Assembly (NCBI GenBank): GCA_030698805.1 | Contig: JAUYMA010000008.1 | Span: 22,266-86,265, forward strand | Length of the DNA: 64,000 nt | Direction: 5' to 3' | From: Nanobdellota archaeon | Lineage (GTDB): Archaea; Nanobdellota; Nanobdellia; Pacearchaeales; GW2011-AR1 | Shown here: positions 17,960 to 27,098 of the stretch, piece after piece | How positions within the stretch are numbered: position 1 is the stretch's first letter | How the letters are laid out: every line of letters begins with the position of its first letter | The notes under the pieces: generated by a model | The model's input: the letters and a program-made list of their open reading frames with translations, nothing else | Told to the model about the DNA's origin: nothing | Database searches by the model: none | Program-made: the position numbers and the translations under genes

Positions 17960-18072
17960 AAATTCAAAAATTCAGGATATTTTAATAATCTTTCTAAGCT
18001 ACAAAAAATTCTTATCAGATTCTCCAAATTATCTTTCTGAAAAATGTTGATTCTCAATAAACTTAAATAACC

Positions 18073-18471
18073 ATGCATCGTCCATATTTGATGCAAAAAA
18101 GAGGCTTAATAGGCATCCTTGTCCTGATAATCATTTTAGTTGTGGCCTTACTAATTGGAAGTTACTTTATTTTTAAGAATAAATTGGTTAAAATTGACAT
18201 TTTTAAGGATAAAGAAAAAGAGGCAAGTAATATTTCTGACGAAATTATAGTAGATATAGGATCTGAAGGAAGCTGTTCAAGCAGCAGTGATTGTATCCCT
18301 GCTTCTTGCTGTCACGCTACATCTTGCACTAATAAAGAAAAGGCGCCGATATGCGATAAAATATTATGCACTCAGCAATGTGTGCCTGGCACATTAGATT
18401 GCGGCCAAGCAAGCTGCGAATGCATCGATAATAAATGCGAGGTTGTGATTAATAGCAATGAGGAAATATAA
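18073..18471 (+). CDS. small membrane-anchored Cys-rich protein
   Basis: N-terminal TM, then a 60-aa segment with 14 Cys (SCSSSSDCIPASCCHATSCTNKEKAPICDKILCTQQCVPGTLDCGQASCECIDNKCEV); overlaps the start of the subtilase gene. Confidence 0.45.
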   Translation: MHRPYLMQKRGLIGILVLIIILVVALLIGSYFIFKNKLVKIDIFKDKEKEASNISDEIIVDIGSEGSCSSSSDCIPASCCHATSCTNKEKAPICDKILCTQQCVPGTLDCGQASCECIDNKCEVVINSNEEI

Positions 18472-21400
18472 TAAGAAAACTGGATTAATAATCTTAGTAA
18501 TTTTATCTATTTTATTCCTAACAGTTAGTCAAAGTGAAAGTAAAGATAATCTTGGCGAAAAATCAATATCTACTAAGATCAACAAAGAAGTTTACAAAGA
18601 ATTTGAGGACAAAGGTGAAACTGTAGTTCTTTTAGTTCTTGAAAAGCAAGATCAGAAGGGCGAACTCATGCCAATGCAAGCTAATAGTTTGAAAAATAAA
18701 AATATAATTGATAGTTATGGGAATAATATTCTAGTTAAAATATCTGAGAGAGACCTAGAAGGAATAAAAGAGGATAAGACTATTAAGAAAGTTCTTCCAA
18801 ATAGAAAGATAAAAGCATTTTTACAAGATTCTGTTGGAATTGTTAATGCTTCTACTACCTGGCCCTTAACTCAAAATTCAATAAATCTGACTGGTGCTGG
18901 AGAGACTGTGTGCATCATCGATACAGGGATCAATTTTACCCATCCATCATTATTTGCCAAGAATAAAACTTGCGTGATTGATTGCTTCGATAAAACATGC
19001 GTCCAGAATTGTTCAATAAGTGATGATAATGGCCATGGAACGCATGTTGCTGGGATAGTTGCTGGCAATGGAAGCATAAGTGGTATTGCCAGGGAATCTA
19101 ATTTGATAGGTGTTAAGATCCTAGACTCAGAAGGCTCTGGAAGCGCAAATAGCTTAGACCTATCTAGGGCTATTGATTGGTGTGTTGCAAATAGGGCTAC
19201 TTATAATATCTCTGTTATTTCTATGAGCCTCGGCACTGAGGCATTGTATATAGGGGATTGCGGAGAAGTCGATGATCCCTGGACGATCTCTATTAACAAT
19301 GCTGTAGCTGTAAATGTAAGTATTGCTGCTGCTTCAGGAAATTCAGGCGAAGGTATACCGAGAAACACCACCCATATATCTGCTCCCGCATGTATTGGAA
19401 ATGCCACTGCTGTTTCGGCTACTGACAAAAATGACGGTATCTCTACTTATGGGCACTATGGCTCTGCAATAGATCTTGTTGCTCCTGGAACATCTATTAA
19501 TTCCACTTATACTGATGCTGAAGGATATGAAGTTTTGAGCGGCACATCTATGGCGACTCCGCATGTCGCCGGAGCATTTGCTTTAATACGTCAGTTTTAC
19601 AGACTTCAAACAGGTCTTGTTTACAAACCTGCACAGATAGAACAATCCTTGCAAGATAATGGCAAGAATATTTCAGTCTCCTCTTCTCTTAATTTCAGCA
19701 GAATTAATATTTATAATTCCATAATCTCCTTAGATTCCCAATCCCCGAGTGTTAATTTAATAGCTCCTTCAGATAATTTAACAACATTAAACACAAGCCT
19801 GACTTTTAGATGCAATGCGAGTGATTTGGCTTTGAAGAATGTCACACTTTACATCTGGAATTCAACTGCATTATACAATCAAACTTCTGCAGCTGCTTCT
19901 GGAGCAAGTAATAGTTTTGAGAGAAATGTTAGTTTGACAGAAGAAAGCTATAGATGGAACTGCCTTTATACTGATGAGAATAATAATCGTGCCTTTGCGG
20001 CCTCTAATTATACTTTCTCAGTTATATCTCTTCAAACTGCATTGATTTCTCCTGCGAATGGATTATCTACCAATCAAAATCAAAGCTATGCCTGCAACGC
20101 AACTTCTAGTCCTGCTTATGCGCTAGCGAATGTTACTTTTTATCTTTGGAATTCTACTGGGATAGTCAACAGTTCGACTAAGGCAGCAACTGGAACATAC
20201 AATGAAACCTCATTTAATTACAGCATAACACAAGCTGGAAATCACACTTGGAATTGCTTATTCACAAATAATGCTAGTTTGCAGAAGTTTGCTTCTTCCA
20301 ATTACTCTATTTTCTTTGACGCTTCTATCCCAGTAGTTAATCTTTCTTCTCCCTCCAACAATTCACTAACTAGAACTAGTATGACTTTTAGATGCAATGC
20401 TAGTGATTTGGCTTTGAAGAATGTTACTTTTTATCTTTGGAATTCTACTAATTTGTACTATAATTATACTGAAAATGTATCTGGAGCAAGTAATAGTTTT
20501 GAAGTGAATATAAGTAACCTGCCTGATAACAATTACAAGTGGAATTGCGGGTATTATGATTCTACTAATAATTTAGGCATGCAATCCTCTAATTATACCC
20601 TCAGAAAAATCCCAAAGCAAGTTATAGTTCTTGGTGTGGATGGAGTCCAACTGAATCATTTTAATACTTTATTAGATGCGGGCAATCTAAGCAATTTCTC
20701 GAGATTAATTGCTAATGGAGGTTGGAATGGATATGCGAATATTACTGGACACACTACTACCTCTACTGCTCCTGGAAATGCCGAAATGCATACGGGATTA
20801 AATTCAAGCTGGACAGGTATAGTGGATAATAGTGGTGGAGTATCAATCCCTGATGGAAATACAACTTTCGAGAGGTTAAAATTGTTTAACTCGAGCATAA
20901 AGACTGGATTTGTTTATGGCAAGGCTACAGATTACATCCCAAATTCAATTCTTGCTAATGCGCTCTCTGAAGTAGACTGGGCCCATAATAAAACTACTTT
21001 TAATAATACAGTCTGGACTTCTGGAACCTCATGTGTTTATGCTCAGAACGTATCTACAAAAGCTCAGGAGTTTATTGGGAATTATAGCAATGAATCTTTT
21101 TACCTTGTGATGTACTTTGGAATGCCTGATTGCACAGGGCACGATGCTGGAGAAAACTCTCAAGAATATTCAGATTCCATCATTAATGCAGATCATGGGT
21201 TAGGAACATTATTAGATTACCTAGAAAGTGTTGGCTTAAGAGGAGAAGACAACATAACTCAGATAATTATAACCTCTGATCATGGGTGGAATGAAGGCAC
21301 AAGTGGACATGGAACCACTGCTACTGACACCATAATGCTTCCTCTAGTTTCGAATAATGCGAGCATGGTGGCCAATGTTACTTCTGATGGAGTAAGAGAA

Positions 21401-22471
21401 CAATGTGAGATTGCCCCTACTGTGCTGGGATACTTTGGCGTTAGTCTATCTGCCTATCAGGATATAACTGACAATGGATGCCAATCATTAATAGGGGATG
21501 GTTTACCTCCAATCATAACTATAAATTACCCTGAGAGTTCCTATAATGCATTACCTATTCAATTTAATGTAACTTTAAATGAGCAGGGCGTATGCAATTA
21601 TACTCTGGATTTAGGAAAAAATAACCGAACTATGAATAGCGTAGATAATCTGACATTTACTGCTTCAAATGATAGTCTTGCTGAAGGGAGCTATAATGTC
21701 AATTACCATTGCTGGGATCTTGCAGATAATTTAAACAGGACTGCTATAAAATCATTCAGCTTCGCTATTCCTCCAACAAGTAGTGGTGGCGGGGGAGGGG
21801 GAGGCGGCGGTGGTGGCGGGGGAGGGTCTACACCTCAGACTTATTACGCTTCGAGCACCAACATAAAAGAGAAAGAATATCAAAAAGAGTTAGCACAAAG
21901 TGATAAAATAATTATTGAAATTGAGAAAAGCAATAGCATTAACACTGGCGGTCAAGGTCCCCTGGATAATACTGACTCTTCTGGCACTAGTTCTCAAAAA
22001 GTTTACGAAAATCATACTATTGCTGTGGACTATATCAGCAGCAATTCCGTAAATCTGACTATCACAAGCGATCCTATCAAAGTATATTTACTAATAGGGC
22101 AGAGCATAAAAATTAACCTAAGCTCTTCTGATTATTATGATCTATTTGTTAAACTTGAAAATATATCTGGAAATAAAGCTAATTTGACTATTAAATCAAT
22201 TTATGAAAGCATTGGCCAATACCGCTCTGGTAGCAATAGTAATTCAATAAATGGGGCAGATGCTGAAGATAAAAAGAATAATGAAACCACTGATAACTTT
22301 GAGGATATAAAGAATAAAATTAACTTTAAAGGAATAGGTAAAATATTTGCCATCATTCTTGGGACGATTATAATTGCAGGCTTGATTGTCTTTTTGATTA
22401 TTAAGATAAGGCCTGCCTTTAGAAAAGATAATATTTCTGATAAAAGTGAGATAAAATTAGACCTTAAATAA
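18458..22471 (+). CDS. giant surface protein: S8 subtilase, three Ig-like repeats, alkaline-phosphatase-superfamily domain, poly-Gly linker, C-terminal TM anchor
   Basis: Catalytic triad contexts IIDTGIN, HGTHVAG, GTSMATPHVAG; three ~100-aa repeats each containing LTFRCNASDLALKNVT; AlkP-core IIITSDHGWNEGTSGHG; Gly15 run; more than 60 N-x-S/T sequons; TM plus basic tail. Confidence 0.85.
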   Translation: MRKYNKKTGLIILVILSILFLTVSQSESKDNLGEKSISTKINKEVYKEFEDKGETVVLLVLEKQDQKGELMPMQANSLKNKNIIDSYGNNILVKISERDLEGIKEDKTIKKVLPNRKIKAFLQDSVGIVNASTTWPLTQNSINLTGAGETVCIIDTGINFTHPSLFAKNKTCVIDCFDKTCVQNCSISDDNGHGTHVAGIVAGNGSISGIARESNLIGVKILDSEGSGSANSLDLSRAIDWCVANRATYNISVISMSLGTEALYIGDCGEVDDPWTISINNAVAVNVSIAAASGNSGEGIPRNTTHISAPACIGNATAVSATDKNDGISTYGHYGSAIDLVAPGTSINSTYTDAEGYEVLSGTSMATPHVAGAFALIRQFYRLQTGLVYKPAQIEQSLQDNGKNISVSSSLNFSRINIYNSIISLDSQSPSVNLIAPSDNLTTLNTSLTFRCNASDLALKNVTLYIWNSTALYNQTSAAASGASNSFERNVSLTEESYRWNCLYTDENNNRAFAASNYTFSVISLQTALISPANGLSTNQNQSYACNATSSPAYALANVTFYLWNSTGIVNSSTKAATGTYNETSFNYSITQAGNHTWNCLFTNNASLQKFASSNYSIFFDASIPVVNLSSPSNNSLTRTSMTFRCNASDLALKNVTFYLWNSTNLYYNYTENVSGASNSFEVNISNLPDNNYKWNCGYYDSTNNLGMQSSNYTLRKIPKQVIVLGVDGVQLNHFNTLLDAGNLSNFSRLIANGGWNGYANITGHTTTSTAPGNAEMHTGLNSSWTGIVDNSGGVSIPDGNTTFERLKLFNSSIKTGFVYGKATDYIPNSILANALSEVDWAHNKTTFNNTVWTSGTSCVYAQNVSTKAQEFIGNYSNESFYLVMYFGMPDCTGHDAGENSQEYSDSIINADHGLGTLLDYLESVGLRGEDNITQIIITSDHGWNEGTSGHGTTATDTIMLPLVSNNASMVANVTSDGVREQCEIAPTVLGYFGVSLSAYQDITDNGCQSLIGDGLPPIITINYPESSYNALPIQFNVTLNEQGVCNYTLDLGKNNRTMNSVDNLTFTASNDSLAEGSYNVNYHCWDLADNLNRTAIKSFSFAIPPTSSGGGGGGGGGGGGGGSTPQTYYASSTNIKEKEYQKELAQSDKIIIEIEKSNSINTGGQGPLDNTDSSGTSSQKVYENHTIAVDYISSNSVNLTITSDPIKVYLLIGQSIKINLSSSDYYDLFVKLENISGNKANLTIKSIYESIGQYRSGSNSNSINGADAEDKKNNETTDNFEDIKNKINFKGIGKIFAIILGTIIIAGLIVFLIIKIRPAFRKDNISDKSEIKLDLK
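21785..21826 (+). repeat. G-rich homo-codon tract (GGN x14-15) encoding poly-glycine
   Basis: ggtggcgggggagggggaggcggcggtggtggcgggggaggg; a conspicuous GC island in an AT-rich gene. Confidence 0.8.
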
Positions 22472-22478
22472 AATGAGA

Positions 22479-22606
22479 TGCGGGAGGGAGGATTCGAACC
22501 TCCGTAGGCACTAAGCCACAGGATTTCTTACATCCTGACTTTTAATCGCTCTAGCGAACGACCGACTTCTTAAGTCCTGCCCTTTTAACCGCTCAGGCAC
22601 CCCCGC
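22479..22606 (-). tRNA. tRNA-Leu (anticodon UAA) with 44-nt intron at canonical 37/38 position
   Basis: Hand fold: acceptor GCGGGGG/CTCCCGC, anticodon stem CAGGA/TCCTG interrupted after CTTAAG by a 44-nt insert (22525..22568), long variable arm GGC-TTAGT-GCC, T-arm GGAGG-TTCGAAT-CCTCC. Confidence 0.75.
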
Positions 22607-22668
22607 TCAGAAATATACTAAAAGACACACGTTATAAAGATTTCTAAAGGCTTGAAGGATTAAAAATA

Positions 22669-22875
22669 TTAAACTTCAGAATCTAACTTAGCAAGTATTT
22701 CTTCCGCTTCTCTGTTAATATACTGCAGAACTTCGTCATCTGAAGCATGATAATTGCTTCTTTTATATTTCAAAGCGTGTGATGCTCCTGAAATAAGGGC
22801 CATTTTCAACATCTCTTTCTTATCCATTATTTTTTTTAGAAAGAGAGGTTTAAAAGTATTATTGTGGCCGACCAT
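22669..22875 (-). CDS. hypothetical small protein
   Basis: ORF only; overlaps the upstream gene's end (operon-like). Confidence 0.3.
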   Translation of the reverse strand: MVGHNNTFKPLFLKKIMDKKEMLKMALISGASHALKYKRSNYHASDDEVLQYINREAEEILAKLDSEV

Positions 22876-23476
22876 TCCTTAGTCTAAAATCTCTTGCAGT
22901 CATTTCCTCTTGGACTAAGGAAGTCATATGAGAATCTGTAAGGCATTGTTCTAATGATCTGGAAGCTACATATAAATCGTGAGCCAATGTATCAGCCATA
23001 GAGACCATATTGGGGGAGAGTATACGAGGCGTTTTCTTTCCCGACTGGATTGAAAAATCTTTTTTATCAAATCCATCAACATGAATTGCATGTTCTGGAA
23101 AATCTTCACGTACAAATCTTCTTTGATAGCCTCTCAATGGACCATCAAAATATAAGTTAATGGCAAGGGGAGAATCTACTTGGTGCCTTTTTAGAAACTC
23201 TTTCACTAATAGCGGGGCCACAAGAACTAAATTATAGCCGCACCTGCGAGACCGCTCATCTGCTAATATGGTAAATAAATAATCTCTTCCGGGAGATCTT
23301 ACCCATTCATATGCTTTGCTTGCCTCTCTACGATTAGTCTGGCTTTTAACAATGGAGTCTTCATGATAGATGGAAAATGTGGCGACAATTATCTCTCCTT
23401 TTTTATTTGTGCCAGCGTGATTTGAATCATCTGTACCGACGTAAATATGGCTCCCTTTTTTTATTGAATCAATCAT
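22859..23476 (-). CDS. hypothetical protein, compositionally atypical (Arg-rich)
   Basis: 205 aa; N-terminal IYVGTDDSNHAG faintly resembles the DUF3800 N-terminal DESG region; uncertain. Confidence 0.35.
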   Translation of the reverse strand: MIDSIKKGSHIYVGTDDSNHAGTNKKGEIIVATFSIYHEDSIVKSQTNRREASKAYEWVRSPGRDYLFTILADERSRRCGYNLVLVAPLLVKEFLKRHQVDSPLAINLYFDGPLRGYQRRFVREDFPEHAIHVDGFDKKDFSIQSGKKTPRILSPNMVSMADTLAHDLYVASRSLEQCLTDSHMTSLVQEEMTARDFRLRNGRPQ

Positions 23477-23595
23477 GTGCTTAAATTAAGATGGCTATTT
23501 TTAATCTTTATGGCGCTCTATTTGATTGTCTTTTGGTAAGTTCTAATGAGAAGGTTTAAATAAAAGTTCGTTTTAGAAGATGAGTAAAAAAGAAC

Positions 23596-24420
23596 ATGAA
23601 TGAGGTGGATCAATTAAAAGCTGAGTTGAAATTAAGGGGTTTTTCTCCTTTGACTGTGAGGAACTATTCTTTTTTTGTTGAGAAATTTATGCAGAAATCA
23701 GGAAAGCCGGCTGCTGAATTAAGTGAAAATGATGTCCGACTCTATTTATCTGATTTATTTGACACCAAAGCTAAAAATACAATAATGCTGGCGGCAGCTT
23801 CGTTGAAATTTTTCTATACTGAAATTTTGAAAAAGGATTTTAGCCAAATAAAAATGCCTAAAAAAGAAAAAAGACTTCCTGAAGTGCTTACACAAGAGGA
23901 AGTTCTCGCACTTATCAATTCTGCAGATAATGAAAAATCTAGACTAATTGTATCCTTACTTTATTCTGGAGGTTTAAGAGTATCTGAATTAGTTAACTTA
24001 AAGGCCCATGATATTAATTTTAATGAAAAAGTGGGATGGGTGAGAAGGGGCAAGGGGGCTAAAGATAGAATTTTCTCAATTTCTGAGACGCTTTCCGGCG
24101 AATTAGAGCACTATTTAAAGAATAGGCAGCATATCTATGTGTTTTCTAAAAATGAGCCCCTAACTACAAGAAATATTCAAAAAATAATCAAGGGAATGAA
24201 GGAGAAAGCTGGAATAAATAAAAAAGTTACCCCTCATACTCTAAGACATTCATTTGCTACTCACCTGCTTGAACAAGGAACGGATATAAGGTTAATTCAG
24301 GCCCTTTTAGGCCACAGCTCGCTGAGCACAACCCAAGTTTACACCCATATCTCCAGCGACCAAATAAAGAAAGTTAAAAATCCTTTTGATAGTCTGTATG
24401 CGCCAAAAGCAATTAATTAG
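23596..24420 (+). CDS. xerA: tyrosine recombinase, XerA/XerC-like
   Basis: N-terminal SAM-like core-binding domain; C-terminal catalytic motifs R...HTLRHSFATHLLEQGTDIRLIQALLGHSSLSTTQVYTHI (R-H-R-Y). Confidence 0.8.
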   Translation: MNEVDQLKAELKLRGFSPLTVRNYSFFVEKFMQKSGKPAAELSENDVRLYLSDLFDTKAKNTIMLAAASLKFFYTEILKKDFSQIKMPKKEKRLPEVLTQEEVLALINSADNEKSRLIVSLLYSGGLRVSELVNLKAHDINFNEKVGWVRRGKGAKDRIFSISETLSGELEHYLKNRQHIYVFSKNEPLTTRNIQKIIKGMKEKAGINKKVTPHTLRHSFATHLLEQGTDIRLIQALLGHSSLSTTQVYTHISSDQIKKVKNPFDSLYAPKAIN

Positions 24421-24602
24421 ATTTGGAATGCTTTTAGTTCTGGTCCTTTTCCATTCATTGTTAAGGAGGTAGGACTTTTTGCTTCCTGCACTAACTTCCC
24501 ATCAATCAATAAATAAAAACAATCAGAATATTCTCCTAAGCTAGCGAATTCTGATTCGGCTATTTTCTGAAGATCATCTTTTAAAGTTAAACCATTGCTC
24601 AA
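24417..24602 (-). CDS. hypothetical small protein (61 aa)
   Basis: ORF only; low confidence that it is coding. Confidence 0.2.
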   Translation of the reverse strand: MSNGLTLKDDLQKIAESEFASLGEYSDCFYLLIDGKLVQEAKSPTSLTMNGKGPELKAFQI

Positions 24603-24661
24603 AAGTTGATAACCTCTAATGCCATTTTTTAGATAAGTTACTGGAGAATAATTTCTGTCTA

Positions 24662-24952
24662 CTAATTGTCCGAGCTCTGGCCTCCGAGGGGAACGGGTTG
24701 CGGAGATCTGGGCATCCTGCTTTCAACATAGGGATCAAATTCCCCAATTGAAACTCTTACGTACTCCTCGCCATTTTTTTGATTATCTTTGCCCTCTTCT
24801 TTCTTAGCCATCCCTCCTACACTTAAAGCCAAACACTTAGAACCAGAAAATCTTGCAAGAGCCTCTCTATCCTGAAACAAACCGACCCATAAATTATTCG
24901 CAACAGGCGTATCATACTCCAAGGCCATGACACATACAGAAAAAATCAGCAT
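24662..24952 (-). CDS. hypothetical protein (96 aa) overlapping a locally GC-rich stretch; may be non-coding
   Basis: ORF only; the 24640..24760 region is markedly GC-richer than its surroundings. Confidence 0.2.
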   Translation of the reverse strand: MLIFSVCVMALEYDTPVANNLWVGLFQDREALARFSGSKCLALSVGGMAKKEEGKDNQKNGEEYVRVSIGEFDPYVESRMPRSPQPVPLGGQSSDN

Positions 24953-24986
24953 TTAAAGTTTATCCTGATAGAAAAGTATAATCTAA

Positions 24987-25400
24987 TTATCTGTAAGACT
25001 TCTGCCTCTTAGATCTCGGGGAGGAATCTCCAGGCTTGGCTGCTTCCTTGCGCCTAGAATCTGCAACAATAATATTCCTGTCATAAGCAATGTATGCCTT
25101 CTTGAGAGTGTCTGAACCACTTGTTTGAACTAAAGCTTTGGCTATAGCCAGCCTGGCTGCCTGAATTTGCCCTTCTTTTCCGCCACCACGAGTTGTTATG
25201 AAGAAGTCATGCTTGACCTCACCCAACTCTCTTTCATAGATCTTTATAGGTTCAGACAAAGCCAATTTATGGAATAAAGTTAATTCTTGATAAGGCAGAT
25301 GATTATAGAAGACTTTTCCAGACCCTTTCTTAACTCTTAGTTTGGCAACTGCCGTCTTTCTCTTTCCGGAAATTATTTTTTTCTCGTTATCTAAGATCAT
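24987..25400 (-). CDS. rps9: ribosomal protein S9 (uS9)
   Basis: C-terminal ...PGDSSPRSKRQKSYR; overall uS9 length and similarity. Confidence 0.9.
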   Translation of the reverse strand: MILDNEKKIISGKRKTAVAKLRVKKGSGKVFYNHLPYQELTLFHKLALSEPIKIYERELGEVKHDFFITTRGGGKEGQIQAARLAIAKALVQTSGSDTLKKAYIAYDRNIIVADSRRKEAAKPGDSSPRSKRQKSYR

Positions 25401-25816
25401 ATTACTTTCTCCAATTCTGCGAGACTTATTGTTTTAGTTTTCAGATCTCTTACAAAGGTTATTTTTTTGTTAGCCTCGTATTCTTTTGGAACCTGGTTAT
25501 AACACATTACTCTTTTGAAAGCATCCAATCCGCGCTGCTGCGTGTAGGAAAGCATTCCCCTTACTGTTCTCTTCATTACTCTTTCAGGATCTTTTGGAAA
25601 GAAAGGACCTTTCAGGCTTGATCCTCCTCTTCTTCTTATCTTTTGATATTCTTCAACTATATTTTGTTTTCTCCCAGCGATTAAAGCCTGCTCGCAGTTT
25701 ACTATAACTACTTTCTTTCCTAATAGTGCTTGCTTAGCAGCATAACTTGCTATTCTGCCTAGAATTCCACCTTGCGCATCTATTACTATCTCTATTTTAG
25801 TTTCTTCCTTAGTCAT
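25397..25816 (-). CDS. rpl13: ribosomal protein L13 (uL13)
   Basis: IVIDAQGGILGRIASYAAKQALLGKKVVIVNCEQ typical uL13; 4-nt overlap with S9. Confidence 0.9.
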   Translation of the reverse strand: MTKEETKIEIVIDAQGGILGRIASYAAKQALLGKKVVIVNCEQALIAGRKQNIVEEYQKIRRRGGSSLKGPFFPKDPERVMKRTVRGMLSYTQQRGLDAFKRVMCYNQVPKEYEANKKITFVRDLKTKTISLAELEKVI

Positions 25817-26196
25817 TTGATTATTTTGATTCCTTTAGCATCTGGATTGTTTTTAATTTCATCTGAAATCGTGCAGAACTCTATCTTAGCTTTCTTCAAT
25901 TTATCTGCAGCTGATTTTGAGAATGATAAAGCGCATAATTTAACTTTCTTATCCAAGTCTCCGCCACTAAGAATTTTTCCAGGTATCAAAGCAGTATCTC
26001 CTGCTGAAACCTTCTCATTAAGATCTTTCAAATTATAATCTGCGTAGTTTTTCGTAGGCCCTGCTAATATTTTAGCTAATGGCAGCCAAGCTTTTTGCTT
26101 TCTTGCCAAGTCGATTATATTCACCAATTCAGGATTTGTTTTCTTTTTCAAATCTTTCTTGATTTTTGTCTTGCTTAATAAAACTTTCTTGATCAT
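25813..26196 (-). CDS. rpl18e: ribosomal protein L18e (eL18)
   Basis: TNPELVNIIDLARK...DTALIPGKILSGGDL...KVKLCALSFSKSAADKLKKA matches eL18; canonical L18e-L13-S9 order. Confidence 0.8.
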   Translation of the reverse strand: MIKKVLLSKTKIKKDLKKKTNPELVNIIDLARKQKAWLPLAKILAGPTKNYADYNLKDLNEKVSAGDTALIPGKILSGGDLDKKVKLCALSFSKSAADKLKKAKIEFCTISDEIKNNPDAKGIKIIK

Positions 26197-26273
26197 ATTT
26201 ATCGTTCAATTTCAGGGTATTTAAATTTAATCCTAGAAAAAGGTTTTTATACCTTAATGCACACTAATGGGTA

Positions 26274-27098
26274 ATGAAAGTAATTGCTTATAATATACTA
26301 ACTGGACTTTGTAATAAAGGTAAAAATGGAGATTATCATAAAAACTCTAAGAGAGAAATCTTGGTAAAAGAAGTTATAAAAAAAGAAAATGCAGATATAG
26401 TTATTTTAAGTGAAGTCTGCTTTTTAAGAAAGAATAAGTCCGCCGTCTTACAGAATTATAAAAAGATATTTGGCTATGCCTATTGGTTTGGGGCAACTGA
26501 TAACTATTTTGCGGAGATCGATTGGGGAGTAGGTGTTTTGTCTAAGTTTCCTATTGTTAAAGCTTATGATTATAATACAAAACATTCACGATTTGTGAGA
26601 GTTCTTATTAAGATTAAAAATAAAATTATAACTATTGATGCTGTGCATCCAGATCAATATCATAATGAGCACCAAAGAGCGCAATGGTTTAAGACAGTTA
26701 TAAGAGATAGGAAAGATCCTTATATCATTGCGGGAGATTTCAATGCTTTTTCTCCTCAAGATAAATATGATAAAAATGATCTTATTGCAGGTTTTGAAAC
26801 TTACTACAAAACCGAAGAAGCGTATAAGGCAAAGAGTGTAGTAGAAGACATCTTGCAAGGAAAAGCTATAAAGACCTTAATTAAAGCGGGCTTGGCCGAT
26901 ACTTTCAAAGTAAAAAATAAGAATTTTGATTACACCTTTCATACGTCATTGATTGGAAACAATACGGACTTAAGCAGATTGGATTATATCTTTTGCTCCA
27001 AAGATTTTAAGATAATTGATGCAGGAATTATAAAAAATAAATTGACAGAACAGGCATCTGATCATTACCCTGTATATGCTATTCTCGAACTAAAATGA
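26274..27098 (+). CDS. endonuclease/exonuclease/phosphatase (EEP) family protein
   Basis: VILSEV (Mg-binding Glu), GDFNA, C-terminal SDHYPV catalytic His motif. Confidence 0.7.
   Translation: MKVIAYNILTGLCNKGKNGDYHKNSKREILVKEVIKKENADIVILSEVCFLRKNKSAVLQNYKKIFGYAYWFGATDNYFAEIDWGVGVLSKFPIVKAYDYNTKHSRFVRVLIKIKNKIITIDAVHPDQYHNEHQRAQWFKTVIRDRKDPYIIAGDFNAFSPQDKYDKNDLIAGFETYYKTEEAYKAKSVVEDILQGKAIKTLIKAGLADTFKVKNKNFDYTFHTSLIGNNTDLSRLDYIFCSKDFKIIDAGIIKNKLTEQASDHYPVYAILELK

Noticed and set aside
18871-20898. Minus-strand ORFs inside the subtilase gene
   Set aside because: Antisense shadows of the 1337-aa ORF.
23596-24420. Calling the tyrosine recombinase plus the neighbouring tRNA a defined mobile element or prophage
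   Set aside because: No flanking direct repeat of the tRNA could be found by eye, and the size and motifs fit housekeeping XerA; kept only as a hypothesis in the findings.
24662-24952. Assigning the 96-aa ORF as RpoN or RpoK because of its position after S9
   Set aside because: The translation lacks the RpoN CxxC...CC zinc motif and the RpoK (Rpb6) signature; left as an unassigned, possibly non-coding region.
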